Positions 49,535 through 59,576 of a stretch of DNA of 64,000 bases are shown here, one piece after another (the first letter of the stretch is position 1; each line of letters begins with the position of its first letter). Position numbers and translations under genes: made by a program. Source of the DNA: an uncultured Chitinophagaceae bacterium. Lineage in GTDB: Bacteria; Bacteroidota; Ignavibacteria; UBA10030; UBA8401. The notes under the pieces were generated by a model that searched no databases, was not told the origin of the DNA, and was given only the letters and a program-made list of their open reading frames with translations. The stretch covers positions 624,436 through 688,435 of the forward strand of contig CAYJMS010000001.1 of NCBI GenBank assembly GCA_964371615.1, written 5' to 3'.

Positions 49535-50068
49535 ATGGCGAAAACAAAAACTGCGGTGAAAAAGAGCACAGCGAAAAAAAGTACGAAAAAATCCGGCTCT
49601 TCAAAAAAAGTGAAGGCAACCGCAACAAAGGCGGTCACCAAACCGGTGAAGAAAAAAGCGGTGAAGGGCTACAGCGCCAGGGAACTGGAATATTTCAAGA
49701 AAATCATTCTTGAAAAGCGGAAGGAAATTCTTGAGGAACTCACAATTCTGAAAGAGAGCATGATGGATGTGACCACCGGCGAATATGCCAGCGAGAATTC
49801 CACTTATTCCATGCATATGGAACAGGGAACCGATGCAATGGAACGGGAGAAAACGTTCCTGTTTGCTTCGCGAGAAGGGAAATTCCTGAACTATCTGGAT
49901 GACGCACTGCGCCGCATCGATAAAGGAACATATGGAATCTGTCTGGACTGCATCGACGAGCCGCGGAATCTCTGTAAAACCTGTCCGTTGATTCCGAAGG
50001 AACGGCTGGAAGCAGTGCCGCACGCCCAGTTATGTGTCGAATGCAAGAATATCAAGCAAAAATTTTAG
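49535..50068 (+). CDS. DksA/TraR-family C4 zinc-finger regulator with a long lysine/alanine-rich N-terminal tail.
   Basis: AAGGGAG RBS at 49523-49529 and ATG at 49535. N-terminal MAKTKTAVKKSTAKKSTKKSGSSKKVKATATKAVTKPVKKKAVKG. C-terminal CLDCIDEPRNLCKTCPLIPKERLEAVPHAQLCVECK. The listed ORF start at 49493 overlaps ileS and is probably not used. Confidence 0.75.
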   Translation: MAKTKTAVKKSTAKKSTKKSGSSKKVKATATKAVTKPVKKKAVKGYSARELEYFKKIILEKRKEILEELTILKESMMDVTTGEYASENSTYSMHMEQGTDAMEREKTFLFASREGKFLNYLDDALRRIDKGTYGICLDCIDEPRNLCKTCPLIPKERLEAVPHAQLCVECKNIKQKF

Positions 50069-50684
50069 GATCAAACGGGAATTACCGGTTGTGAGAGTAC
50101 TGTACGTTACCGCATGTATCATTGTCGCCGACCAAATGACGAAATTCTGGGTCAAAGGGATCGAGATTCCATTGCTCGGCATTTCCATACAAGGCATGTC
50201 GCTGGGGAGTTCATTTCCGGTATTGGGCGATTTTCTCCGAATTACGTTCATTGAAAATCCCGGCATGGCGTTCGGCATAGAGATCGGAGGGAAAATATTC
50301 CTTACCCTCTTTTCCATAGTTGCCAGCATCGGGATACTGTTCTACCTGTATTTAATGCGAAAGGAGAACCTCACGTTCCGCCTTTCATTGTCGTTTATTC
50401 TGGGGGGAGCGGTCGGGAACCTGATCGACCGTGTTTTTTACGGCGTTTTGTACGGTGAAGGGGCATTGTTCCACGGAAAAGTCGTCGACTTTATCGATAT
50501 CGATTTCTTCAATATCGACCTGTGGGGATTCCATCTTTCGCGATTCTGGGTATTCAACATCGCCGATGCATCAGTGACTATCGGCGTGCTTATTATGCTG
50601 TTGTTCCATCGATCCTTCCTGCTGGAGGAAAAAGAAATTCCGTCTGTCGATACTGCCCCCGGCGAACCGTCATCATCATCCTGA
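50034..50684 (+). CDS. lspA: Lipoprotein signal peptidase II. The start is uncertain; an internal GTG at 50091 is possible.
   Basis: LspA motifs NPGMAFGI and FNIADASVTIGVLIMLL. Four TM helices. ileS-lspA synteny. Confidence 0.8.
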   Translation: MSNARISSKNFRIKRELPVVRVLYVTACIIVADQMTKFWVKGIEIPLLGISIQGMSLGSSFPVLGDFLRITFIENPGMAFGIEIGGKIFLTLFSIVASIGILFYLYLMRKENLTFRLSLSFILGGAVGNLIDRVFYGVLYGEGALFHGKVVDFIDIDFFNIDLWGFHLSRFWVFNIADASVTIGVLIMLLFHRSFLLEEKEIPSVDTAPGEPSSSS

Positions 50685-50694
50685 CCGGCAAAAT

Positions 50695-51711
50695 GTGTTG
50701 CCGGTTATTCCGTTACGCTTCCGTATGAGAAATAATTTCGATATCATCATACCACCGGGCCAGACAAGGGAGCGGCTGGATGTGTATCTGGTCGCTCATG
50801 TGGGAAATGCCACCCGCAATAAAGTCCAGGAAGCGATCAAATCCGGCGAGATCACCGTCAACGGTGCCGCCGTCAAACCGAGCAGCATCATTCATCCAAA
50901 CGATATCATTGCTGTCCGTCTCAACCGGCCGGATCCGCCGGAGGTAAAAGCGGAAATGATTCCGCTGGACATCGTCTACGAAGACGAGTATTTGCTGGTG
51001 GTCAACAAACCGGCCGGTATGGTCACCCATCCCGCGTACAAGAACTATTCCGGCACCCTGGTCAACGCTTTAATGCATCACACCGAACAATTATCCCAGC
51101 TGCATGCCGACGAGGATGAGGAATTCGATACGATCCGTCCCGGCATCGTCCATCGTCTCGACAAAGATACCAGCGGCCTCCTCGTTGTCGCCAAGGATGA
51201 AACCACTCATCAGAAACTTGCAAAGCAATTTGCCGCAAAGACGTCGGAGAGGGAATACCATGCAATTGTATGGGGAATCTTTAAGCAGCAAAAGGGGATC
51301 GTCGATGCGCCGCTGGGACGAAGTAAAAGCGACCGCAAAAAAGTGGCGGTTATTGCGGACGGAAAACACGCCGTTACCGAATATGAGGTGATAGAACAAT
51401 TCGATTATTTAACCTATGTCCGTTTACATTTGCGGACGGGACGGACTCATCAGATTCGGGTACATCTGGCGCATATCCATCATCCTATTTTTGGTGATGC
51501 AACGTACGGTGGCCGGGAGATTGGTGCCGGGGGAATTACGGTGGAGGGGAAAAAGCGGTCGGAAGCAAAAAACCTGTTGGAATTAATGCCGCGTCAGGCT
51601 CTGCATGCAAAGATGCTCGGTTTTGTTCACCCTGCTACAAAGGAGAAAATGAAGTTTTCATCCGAACTGCCCGATGACATCAACAATGTTCTGCGTGCTG
51701 CAAGAAAGTGA
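50695..51711 (+). CDS. rluD: RluA-family 23S rRNA pseudouridine synthase (RluD-like) with an S4 domain.
   Basis: S4 region (RLDVYL…), catalytic motif HRLDKDTSGLLVVAK, plus …LHAKMLGFVHPATKEKMKF. Confidence 0.85.
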   Translation: MLPVIPLRFRMRNNFDIIIPPGQTRERLDVYLVAHVGNATRNKVQEAIKSGEITVNGAAVKPSSIIHPNDIIAVRLNRPDPPEVKAEMIPLDIVYEDEYLLVVNKPAGMVTHPAYKNYSGTLVNALMHHTEQLSQLHADEDEEFDTIRPGIVHRLDKDTSGLLVVAKDETTHQKLAKQFAAKTSEREYHAIVWGIFKQQKGIVDAPLGRSKSDRKKVAVIADGKHAVTEYEVIEQFDYLTYVRLHLRTGRTHQIRVHLAHIHHPIFGDATYGGREIGAGGITVEGKKRSEAKNLLELMPRQALHAKMLGFVHPATKEKMKFSSELPDDINNVLRAARK

Positions 51712-51714
51712 TGT

Positions 51715-52539
51715 TTACTTCTTCTGTATTTCCAGCGATAATCGTTCCAAACTCGGTACAAAATCCATGACAAAAACCTCTTCCGTCATTGTAAAGTTGA
51801 CGGAAGGTGTCACTTCAATTCGTTTGAAGAGTGAATTCGGCATGTCGGAGATGGTGCTGACAATGCCGATCTTGATACCCGGCGGAAATGAATTGCTGTA
51901 CTCCGACGTGATGACGGCATCACCCTCGCGCACATCTTGCGTTTTCGCCACTTCTTTCAGGATCAACGTTTTTCCATCCCACGAAATAATCCCGTCCACC
52001 CTGCTTCGCTGGATCTTTGCACTGCTGCGGAAATCGACATTCAACACAATCTGAGCAATGGAATATCCGTCGCTGGTTGCAACAATTCTTCCCATAAGGC
52101 CTTCGCCGGAGACAACCGGATTTCCTACTCGCACACCGTCGTAATATCCGATGTTCAAAGTGACGGAATTTCTCAATAAATTGAGGTTTTTTGCCACTAT
52201 TTTTCCGGCGGTGAGTCGAACAACTGACGTTTCCTTCAAGGCGATCATCGACCGGAGCCGGATGATTTCCAGACGGGATTCACGCAGGTGGTTTACTTCG
52301 TCGGCGAGGTTTACATTTAAATTCCGGAGGAGTTCATTCTCCCTTTGCAGCATGGAGATGTTCGGAATGAACGAAAAGGTATGCTGTACCGCTCCCATCG
52401 TTCCGATTGCAACGGATCGGATAAAACGGATCTGTGTGTTGTCGTTGAAGACCAGAAGCGTGATCGAGATGCTGATCAGGACAACGAACAATACGTATTC
52501 TTTAAAGAGGAACAGATATTGGTAAATTCGCTGCAGCAT
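51715..52539 (-). CDS. mreC: Rod shape-determining protein MreC.
   Basis: N-terminal TM helix plus coiled coil, and beta-rich C-terminal MreC domains (…VVSGEGLMGRIVATSDGYSIAQIV…). Immediately downstream of mreB on the - strand. Confidence 0.8.
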   Translation of the reverse strand: MLQRIYQYLFLFKEYVLFVVLISISITLLVFNDNTQIRFIRSVAIGTMGAVQHTFSFIPNISMLQRENELLRNLNVNLADEVNHLRESRLEIIRLRSMIALKETSVVRLTAGKIVAKNLNLLRNSVTLNIGYYDGVRVGNPVVSGEGLMGRIVATSDGYSIAQIVLNVDFRSSAKIQRSRVDGIISWDGKTLILKEVAKTQDVREGDAVITSEYSNSFPPGIKIGIVSTISDMPNSLFKRIEVTPSVNFTMTEEVFVMDFVPSLERLSLEIQKK

Positions 52540-52587
52540 GGTCCGATTGAATAGGTGTGAGTGCGGTGATCAACGGTGCACCGCCGG

Positions 52588-53613
52588 TTAATAACGCCGG
52601 CTTGTGATCATAACTTTCTGATACTTTTCGAGGTTTTCCATGACCTTGCCTGTTCCGCGCGCCACGGCGGTCAGCGGATCTTCTGCGACGTGGACCGGCA
52701 GGTTTGTTTCAAGCCGTAATCTCTCATCGAGTCCCTTCAATAATGCACCGCCGCCGGAGAGCATGATGCCGCGGTCAAGAATATCCGAAGCGAGTTCGGG
52801 CGGAGTGCGTTCCAGCGTCATCTTCACTCCGTTGACAATCGCCTGCACGCATTCGCTGAGCGCTTCGCGGATCTCGACGGAACTGGCTTCGGTGGTCTTT
52901 GGAATGCCATTGACCAGGTCGCGGCCTTTTACCTGGATAGTCACTTCCTCTTTCATCGGCATCACCGAACCCACTTCGCATTTAATTGCTTCCGCTGTCC
53001 GTTCGCCGATGAGGATGTTGTGGTTCTTCTTAAAAAATTGGATGATAGCGGAGTTCATTTCATCGCCGGCAATGCGGATGGATTCTTCGTTCACGATGCC
53101 GGAGAGCGCGATGACGGCGATCTCCGTCGTACCGCCGCCGATATCGACAATCATATTCCCGACCGGCGCTTCCACATCCAATCCGATGCCGATGGCGGCT
53201 GCCATCGGTTCCGCAATCAGATGCACTTCTTTGGCGCCGGCATGTTCGGCGGAATCGCGGACGGCGCGCTTTTCCACTTCCGTCACGCCGCTGGGGACGC
53301 AGATAACGATTCTCCGGCTCGGCAGCCAGCTCGAATGGATCTTCTTAATGAATTCGCGGAGCATTCCTTCGGCAATCTCAAAGTCGGCGATAACGCCGTC
53401 CCGCATCGGACGGATCGTCCGGATATCGCGGTGAGTTCTGCCGAGCATCTCGCGGGCTTCGTTTCCGATGGCAACGATCTTTTTCGTATTGCGGTCGAAT
53501 GCCACGATGGACGGTTCATTCAGCACGATTCCTTTTCCCTTCATCCACACCAATGTGTTGGCGGTTCCAAGGTCAATCGCGATATCGGCAGAAAAGAAAT
53601 CAAAAACTCCCAT
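52588..53613 (-). CDS. mreB: Rod shape-determining actin homologue MreB.
   Basis: N-terminus …IAIDLGTANTLVWMKGKGIVLNEPSIVAF and the full actin/Hsp70 fold motifs. Confidence 0.95.
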   Translation of the reverse strand: MGVFDFFSADIAIDLGTANTLVWMKGKGIVLNEPSIVAFDRNTKKIVAIGNEAREMLGRTHRDIRTIRPMRDGVIADFEIAEGMLREFIKKIHSSWLPSRRIVICVPSGVTEVEKRAVRDSAEHAGAKEVHLIAEPMAAAIGIGLDVEAPVGNMIVDIGGGTTEIAVIALSGIVNEESIRIAGDEMNSAIIQFFKKNHNILIGERTAEAIKCEVGSVMPMKEEVTIQVKGRDLVNGIPKTTEASSVEIREALSECVQAIVNGVKMTLERTPPELASDILDRGIMLSGGGALLKGLDERLRLETNLPVHVAEDPLTAVARGTGKVMENLEKYQKVMITSRRY

Positions 53614-53622
53614 AACGTATGC

Positions 53623-55158
53623 TCAATGTTTAAAGTGACGAATTCCTGTAAAGACCATTGCAATATTATTGTCGTTCGCTGCGTTGATCACTTCTTCATC
53701 CCGTATTGAACCGCCCGGTTGTATCACCGCAGTGGCACCGGCGTTGACCGCTTCCAAGAGACCATCGGCAAAAGGGAAGTAAGCGTCCGACGCAACGACG
53801 CTTCCGTCTAAAGATAACTTACTTTCACGAGATTTCCATACGGCAATTTTGGATGAATCGACCCTGGACATCTGGCCTGCTCCGACGGCGAGCGTCCGGT
53901 CTTTGAGGCCGTATACAATTGCGTTGGATTTGACGTGCTTGACGATTTTCCAGGTGAAGTTCATCGCCTCCAGTTCGTCCTCTGTCGGGTGCCGCCGGGT
54001 GACGATCTTGTAATTTTGCTCGGTTAATTGCGCAGTATCGCGGCTTTGTACCAGTAGACCGCCGATAACAGAGCGAATATCCCATTCCGACGACTCAGGA
54101 TGATCGGCAATCTGCATCAAACGCCGGTCCTTTTTCTTGGTGAGATATTCCAGCACTCCCGGAGCAAACTCCGGTGCAATGACCATTTCGGTAAATATCT
54201 CGTTCAAGGCCATTGCCGCCGCCATATCCAGTGGTTTGTTGACGGCGATGATGCCTCCAAAGGGGGCTTTTGTATCCGTTGCAAATGCCTTGCGATATGC
54301 CTCTTCCAACGTCGCAGCGCTGCCGACTCCGCACGGATTGGTATGCTTGATAATCACAACTGTCGGCTCTTTGAATTCCGCGACGAGATTCATTGCGGCG
54401 TTGGCATCGATGATATTGTTGAACGAGAGCTCCTTGCCATGCAATTTTTTTAACGACCGGTCAAATGTACCGTACAATGCGGCTTTCTGGTGCGGATTTT
54501 CGCCGTACCGGAGGTCCTGCTGCTTCTGTAATGAAACGGAAAATGCTCCTGGCAACGCCTGCGGGTCCGATGAGCGTGTCAAAAATCCGGCGATGGCGGT
54601 ATCGTACTGTGCGGTATGCCGGAAGACTTCGCGCGCGAGTTCAAAACAGGTCTCTTCACTGACGGCGCCATGGTGGTCATCGAGTTCGCGTAGGAATGTT
54701 TCGTAACGGCTGCTGTTGACGATGACGGCGGTATATTTATAATTTTTTGCCGCAGACCGAAGCATGGTGGGTCCGCCGATGTCGATGTTTTCAATCGCAT
54801 CCTCGAAATGCACATCCGGTTTTGCAATCGTCTCTTCGAAAGGATAAAGGTTGACGACGACAAGATCGATCGGCGTGATATTGTGTTCCTGCAATTGTTT
54901 TCTATGTTCGGGATTATCCAGCACGGCAAGCAAACCGGCATGGATAACGGGGTGCAGAGTTTTTACCCGTCCGTCGAGAATTTCGGGGAATCCGGTAATC
55001 TCGGAGATCTGCCGTGCCGGAATACCGTTTTTCTGAAGCAGGGAATGCGTACCGCCTGTAGAAATAATCTCTATACCGCGCTGATGGAGCGCAGAAGCGA
55101 ATTCGACGATACCATGTTTATCGGAGACACTGATGAGGGCGCGTGATATTTTTAACAA
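53623..55158 (-). CDS. purH: Bifunctional AICAR transformylase / IMP cyclohydrolase.
   Basis: N-terminal MGS-like [16 protein letters not shown]…ISTGGT and the C-terminal AICARFT domain. Size is 511 aa. Confidence 0.95.
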   Translation of the reverse strand: MLKISRALISVSDKHGIVEFASALHQRGIEIISTGGTHSLLQKNGIPARQISEITGFPEILDGRVKTLHPVIHAGLLAVLDNPEHRKQLQEHNITPIDLVVVNLYPFEETIAKPDVHFEDAIENIDIGGPTMLRSAAKNYKYTAVIVNSSRYETFLRELDDHHGAVSEETCFELAREVFRHTAQYDTAIAGFLTRSSDPQALPGAFSVSLQKQQDLRYGENPHQKAALYGTFDRSLKKLHGKELSFNNIIDANAAMNLVAEFKEPTVVIIKHTNPCGVGSAATLEEAYRKAFATDTKAPFGGIIAVNKPLDMAAAMALNEIFTEMVIAPEFAPGVLEYLTKKKDRRLMQIADHPESSEWDIRSVIGGLLVQSRDTAQLTEQNYKIVTRRHPTEDELEAMNFTWKIVKHVKSNAIVYGLKDRTLAVGAGQMSRVDSSKIAVWKSRESKLSLDGSVVASDAYFPFADGLLEAVNAGATAVIQPGGSIRDEEVINAANDNNIAMVFTGIRHFKH

Positions 55159-55187
55159 ACAACTATCCCTTTCAATTATAATCGATA

Positions 55188-55781
55188 TTACTTTTTGAGT
55201 GTTCCTTCTGCAAACATCCGAACGACCTCCGGCAGAATCCGATGTTCTACTTTGAGTACTTTCGCCGCCAGAGTTTCGGGGCTTTCGTCGTTTTCAATCT
55301 CAACAATATCCTGTAGAAGAATCTTGCCATGGTCATATTCCTCATCGACCATGTGCACAGTTGCACCGGAAAATTTCTCCGATGCCTTCAAGACGGCCTC
55401 ATGAACGCGCATTCCGTACATCCCTTCGCCGCCGTACTTTGGGAGCAATGCGGGATGGATGTTGATGATGCGCTGTCGAAACGCACGAATAATTGCCTGA
55501 TCGATCCGTTTCATGTAACCGGCAAGAACAATAAAATTTACCGTATGGTCATGGAGTACAGACAGAATCTTCTGCTGGAATTCTTCCGCAGTAGAAAATT
55601 GGCGCTGACTGAGATGCACGGCCGGAATATTATACGACCGCGCGAGTTCCAATACTCCCGCTTGGGAATTGTTGCTGATGACGACGGCGATTTGTGCGGG
55701 AAAATGTTCCTTCAGGATCGTGCGCTGCAACGCATCAAAATTGGACCCTCGACCCGATGCAAAAACGGCGATAGTTAACAA
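55188..55781 (-). CDS. purN: Phosphoribosylglycinamide formyltransferase.
   Basis: N-terminus [18 protein letters not shown] and …[13 protein letters not shown]…. Confidence 0.9.
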   Translation of the reverse strand: MLTIAVFASGRGSNFDALQRTILKEHFPAQIAVVISNNSQAGVLELARSYNIPAVHLSQRQFSTAEEFQQKILSVLHDHTVNFIVLAGYMKRIDQAIIRAFRQRIINIHPALLPKYGGEGMYGMRVHEAVLKASEKFSGATVHMVDEEYDHGKILLQDIVEIENDESPETLAAKVLKVEHRILPEVVRMFAEGTLKK

Positions 55782-55900
55782 TGGTTTTTCCTAACGAAGC
55801 ACAAATTTTCACTACAAATGTAATCAAGAGAGTCTGGTTTGTCAATATAAAAGCCTGATATATCAACAGGTTACGGCGATTTTATTGACGGAAGACACAC

Positions 55901-56842
55901 TTACGACACTGCCGATTCATCGAACGAGACTGTCCTTGTGTTTGCATTCATACTTCCCTTAATACCCACCGGCATTGTCAGTTTTTTTGGAACATGACCA
56001 TATACCAAACCGGTGATCACGGGCCGCGGGATAGCAGGAAGATAGTCCTGCAGGACCTGTTCCAGAGTCAGATAGGGACTATTGGTATCCGACGGTTTTA
56101 CATCGGTCAATTCACCCATAATGACGCCTTTGACTTCCTTAAAAATTCCGGCGATTCGCAAGTGGTTCATCATCCTGTCGAACCGGTAACACTCTTCGTC
56201 AATCTCTTCCAGGAACAGGAGGGCGTTCTTACAACTGGGCATGTATTGAGTGCCGATGATGGCGGTGATCAGCGAAAGATTCCCTCCGAGCAATCTGCCC
56301 GACCCGGATCCTTTCACGATGGCGGTAAGCGGTCTGCCGTCGGGATTCCGAACGGTGCCGAACTTTTTTTTCGACGTCACCATAGTCCAGAAATGTTCCT
56401 CGGTAAACGAATCGATTTCCTTCCACATTTCCACGCCGGACATCGGGCCGGAAAAACTGACCAATCCGGTTTTTTTGAAAATTGCCAATTGCAATGCAGT
56501 GAGATCGCTGTAACCGACCAGTATTTTTGGATTTTTCCGGATGAGAGAATAGTTCAGCAGCGGCAACAATCGCGGAGTTCCGTATCCTCCCCGGACGGCA
56601 ATAATCGCCTTTATTTTTTTGTCGGCAAACATTCCGTTAATGTCATCAGCCCGTTCCTGATCAGTGCCGGCAAGATAACCGTACGTATTGGTGACGTTTT
56701 TGCCAAGCGCGACCCGATAACCGAGACGTTCGAGATATTCCGCTCCCTTTGTAATTTTTTCCGAAGTACTCGGCGGACTAGCCGGTGCAACGATACCGAT
56801 AAGATCACCTTTTTTGAGTGCTGCCGGTTTGATAATAGCCAT
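55901..56842 (-). CDS. ldcA: LD-carboxypeptidase (S66 family, muramoyl-tetrapeptide carboxypeptidase).
   Basis: N-terminus LKKGDLIGIVAPASP and …GYSDLTAL… catalytic-Ser region. Size is 313 aa. Confidence 0.8.
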   Translation of the reverse strand: MAIIKPAALKKGDLIGIVAPASPPSTSEKITKGAEYLERLGYRVALGKNVTNTYGYLAGTDQERADDINGMFADKKIKAIIAVRGGYGTPRLLPLLNYSLIRKNPKILVGYSDLTALQLAIFKKTGLVSFSGPMSGVEMWKEIDSFTEEHFWTMVTSKKKFGTVRNPDGRPLTAIVKGSGSGRLLGGNLSLITAIIGTQYMPSCKNALLFLEEIDEECYRFDRMMNHLRIAGIFKEVKGVIMGELTDVKPSDTNSPYLTLEQVLQDYLPAIPRPVITGLVYGHVPKKLTMPVGIKGSMNANTRTVSFDESAVS

Positions 56843-56844
56843 GA

Positions 56845-57666
56845 TTATGTTCCGATTTGTATGAAGTGAAAGAGATAGGAAAGAGTGAGTTCTCCGCCTT
56901 TGGCATTGTCGGACGGAGAAAAATTCGAGACGCCGAACGCACGGATGGAAAAAGGGCCGATTGTTTTTTCGATGCCGATTTTACCGTTTGCCAGCCGCTG
57001 GAATCCGATCCCGTTATGGCCGACTCTTCCGGCAGTCTGAAGTAGGAACGACGTCGTTTCTCCGAACGGTAGAAAATATTCAACACCATAAATAAACACA
57101 TCGTGCTGCGAACCGTGTCTGGTCGGATCACTCAATATGCCGAGTCCCGCATTCATGGTCCACCGGCCGGCAAAATGTTTCTGAAGAAGCAACGATGCAA
57201 AAAAATTCATTTCGTCGATGCCAAGACCCGATTCGTTGCTGGCATTCGGCAGCTGTATGCCGAATCGTACCGCAAAACTCACACCGGAGCGGTATTCATT
57301 CAATATCCCGAATTTTGTCCAGACGGAGAAATCGCCGATATCAGCAGTTACTTTTTTTGAAGTGGTCAAGGCGGAATTGAACGCCAACACACGCCGGTTA
57401 ATCTGAAGAATGTCGAGCAAAGTACCGTCCGCCTGGAGTTCGACAATTGCGCTGAGTGCGATACAGAACCGTACCGTCCCGACCTTCGTCAGGTTTCCTG
57501 TCAATCCGGAGAGGGGAAACGGCTGATCGCGGAAATGTGAAAAACCGAATTCAGTAGAAGCGAGTCCCGGTTCGAGCAGCATAGCCGATTCCACGGGAAT
57601 CGGGCGCTGTTGTCCGAGCAGGGCAATCGGAAGGAGACACAGGAAAAACAGTATCGAACGGTTCAA
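56845..57666 (-). CDS. Outer-membrane beta-barrel protein, hypothetical.
   Basis: Signal peptide MNRSILFFLCLLPIALLGQQ and alternating amphipathic beta-strand pattern. Sits 2 nt upstream of ldcA. Confidence 0.4.
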   Translation of the reverse strand: MNRSILFFLCLLPIALLGQQRPIPVESAMLLEPGLASTEFGFSHFRDQPFPLSGLTGNLTKVGTVRFCIALSAIVELQADGTLLDILQINRRVLAFNSALTTSKKVTADIGDFSVWTKFGILNEYRSGVSFAVRFGIQLPNASNESGLGIDEMNFFASLLLQKHFAGRWTMNAGLGILSDPTRHGSQHDVFIYGVEYFLPFGETTSFLLQTAGRVGHNGIGFQRLANGKIGIEKTIGPFSIRAFGVSNFSPSDNAKGGELTLSYLFHFIQIGT

Positions 57667-57683
57667 GGGAATAGGATTTGTGT

Positions 57684-57712
57684 GAAAAAAACGCCGATAT
57701 TCCTATCGGCGT
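57684..57712 (-). terminator. Rho-independent terminator (on the - strand) directly after nuoF.
   Basis: On the - strand this reads CGCCGAT-aggaat-ATCGGCG followed by TTTTTTTC. Confidence 0.7.
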
Positions 57713-57727
57713 CGGATCTTGTCAACA

Positions 57728-58999
57728 TCACACCGCACTGGATTCCGCCTTCACCCGAACCCTTTTTTCAAATTCATCACGAAAACGTTTTACAAAACTT
57801 TGCACCGGCCACGCGGCGGCATCGCCCAGGGCACAGATCGTATTGCCTTCGATCTGATTCGCCACTTCCACGAGCATATCGACATCTTCCTGCCGGGCGT
57901 CACCATGTTCGAACCGGTGGAGTATTTTTTCCAGCCAGCCTGTCCCCTCACGGCAGGGAGTGCACTGACCGCACGATTCATGATGGTAAAAATGTGCAAT
58001 GCGCGCCAACACCCGCACAATGTCCGTGTCTTCATCCATGACGATCAATCCCGCTGTTCCGACGGACGAGCCGGCCGCTTTCAATGAATCCGCATCCATG
58101 CAGACTCCTTCAAGATTCTCTCCGCGCAGGACCATGGTTGACGATCCGCCGGGAATTACCGCCTTAATTTTTTTACCGTTCGGCACGCCGCCGGCATACT
58201 CGTTGATAAGAGTCAGCAGGGGAACACCGGTCGGTACTTCGTAGACTCCCGGTTTATTGACGTGCCCGCTGATACCGACCAAAATCGGCCCGGGATGTTT
58301 TGCAACGCCGATCTTCGAATACCATTCGGCTCCATGATTGATGATAAGCGGAATGTTCGACATTGTCTCTACATTATTGATGGTCGTCGGCATGCCCCAT
58401 AAACCCTTTTGCGCCGGGAACGGCGGTTTTACCCGCGGATATCCTCGTTCACCTTCCACTGAATTCATTAACGCCGATTCCTCGCCGCAGATGTACGCGC
58501 CGGCGCCGGAGTGGGTGTAGATGTTTGTGGAAAATCCTGATCCGAGAATGTTCTCACCGATGTACCCCTTGGCATATGCTTCGGCAAGCGCCGCATCCAC
58601 CATGGTGATCCATTTGCGGTATTCACCGCGGATGTAAATATACGCCGACGTGATGCCCATGGCGTAGCATCCGATGATGATTCCTTCGATCATCAGGTGG
58701 GGATTGAATTCGAAGATCTGCCGGTCTTTAAACGTACCCGGTTCCGATTCGTCGCCATTCACGGCAAGGTATTTCGGCTTGTCGTTGCCTTTCGGCATAA
58801 AGGACCATTTCAATCCGGTGGGGAAACAGGCGCCGCCGCGTCCGCGCAGTCCGGATCGTTTTACTTCGTCAATCACCTCGTCCGGTTTCATCTGGATCGC
58901 TTTTTTCAGCGCTGCGTAACCGCCATGCTGCTCATAGGTTTCGATCGTGTGCAGTCCGGGAATGTCGGGGAGAATGAATTTTTCCATGGGTTCGCTCAT
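57728..58999 (-). CDS. nuoF: NADH-quinone oxidoreductase subunit F (51 kDa).
   Basis: NADH/FMN-binding GRGGACFPTGLKW and the 4Fe-4S motif ESCGQCTPCREGTGW. Confidence 0.95.
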   Translation of the reverse strand: MSEPMEKFILPDIPGLHTIETYEQHGGYAALKKAIQMKPDEVIDEVKRSGLRGRGGACFPTGLKWSFMPKGNDKPKYLAVNGDESEPGTFKDRQIFEFNPHLMIEGIIIGCYAMGITSAYIYIRGEYRKWITMVDAALAEAYAKGYIGENILGSGFSTNIYTHSGAGAYICGEESALMNSVEGERGYPRVKPPFPAQKGLWGMPTTINNVETMSNIPLIINHGAEWYSKIGVAKHPGPILVGISGHVNKPGVYEVPTGVPLLTLINEYAGGVPNGKKIKAVIPGGSSTMVLRGENLEGVCMDADSLKAAGSSVGTAGLIVMDEDTDIVRVLARIAHFYHHESCGQCTPCREGTGWLEKILHRFEHGDARQEDVDMLVEVANQIEGNTICALGDAAAWPVQSFVKRFRDEFEKRVRVKAESSAV

Positions 59000-59039
59000 A
59001 CAATCTTCGGGACACGACGGTCCCGGGGATGTTCAGTGA

Positions 59040-59576
59040 TTATTTTAAACTTGTCAGTAATTTTTCTGCCGACTCGGCGGTCAGATGTTCGTGATACTGC
59101 TCGCCGATGGCGAGCATCGGTGCGCCGCCGCAGGCACCCATGCATTCCACTTCGCTGACCGTAAATTTACCGTCGGATGAGGTCTGTCCGATCTTTGCTC
59201 CGCAGACCCGCTCGACAGTCTCCATGATGCGGTCCGAACCTTTCAGCATGCACGAGACATTGGTGCAGACTTCAATGTGATATTTCCCCAGTTTCTTGTC
59301 GTTATACATCGTATAAAATGTCACCACGCCCAAAACGTGGGCGTAATCGACGCCGACAAGATCGGCAACATATTTCATCATCTCTTCGGAGATCCACCCT
59401 TCCTGATCCTGAGCGATCCAGAGAATGGGGAGGAGCGCGGCTTTCTTGTGCGGATATCTTGTGAAGAGCGCTTCGGCTTTTTGGAGATTTTCTTGAGTAA
59501 GCATAATGTGCACAAACAATGGTGGAATACAAAAAAAACTTCCGTAACCTTTCAGGCTCCGGAAGCATGAGAACAA
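59040..59576 (-). CDS. nuoE: NADH-quinone oxidoreductase subunit E (24 kDa).
   Basis: 2Fe-2S thioredoxin-like motifs (…EVCTNVSCMLKGS…, …CMGACGGAPM…). Confidence 0.9.
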   Translation of the reverse strand: MFSCFRSLKGYGSFFCIPPLFVHIMLTQENLQKAEALFTRYPHKKAALLPILWIAQDQEGWISEEMMKYVADLVGVDYAHVLGVVTFYTMYNDKKLGKYHIEVCTNVSCMLKGSDRIMETVERVCGAKIGQTSSDGKFTVSEVECMGACGGAPMLAIGEQYHEHLTAESAEKLLTSLK

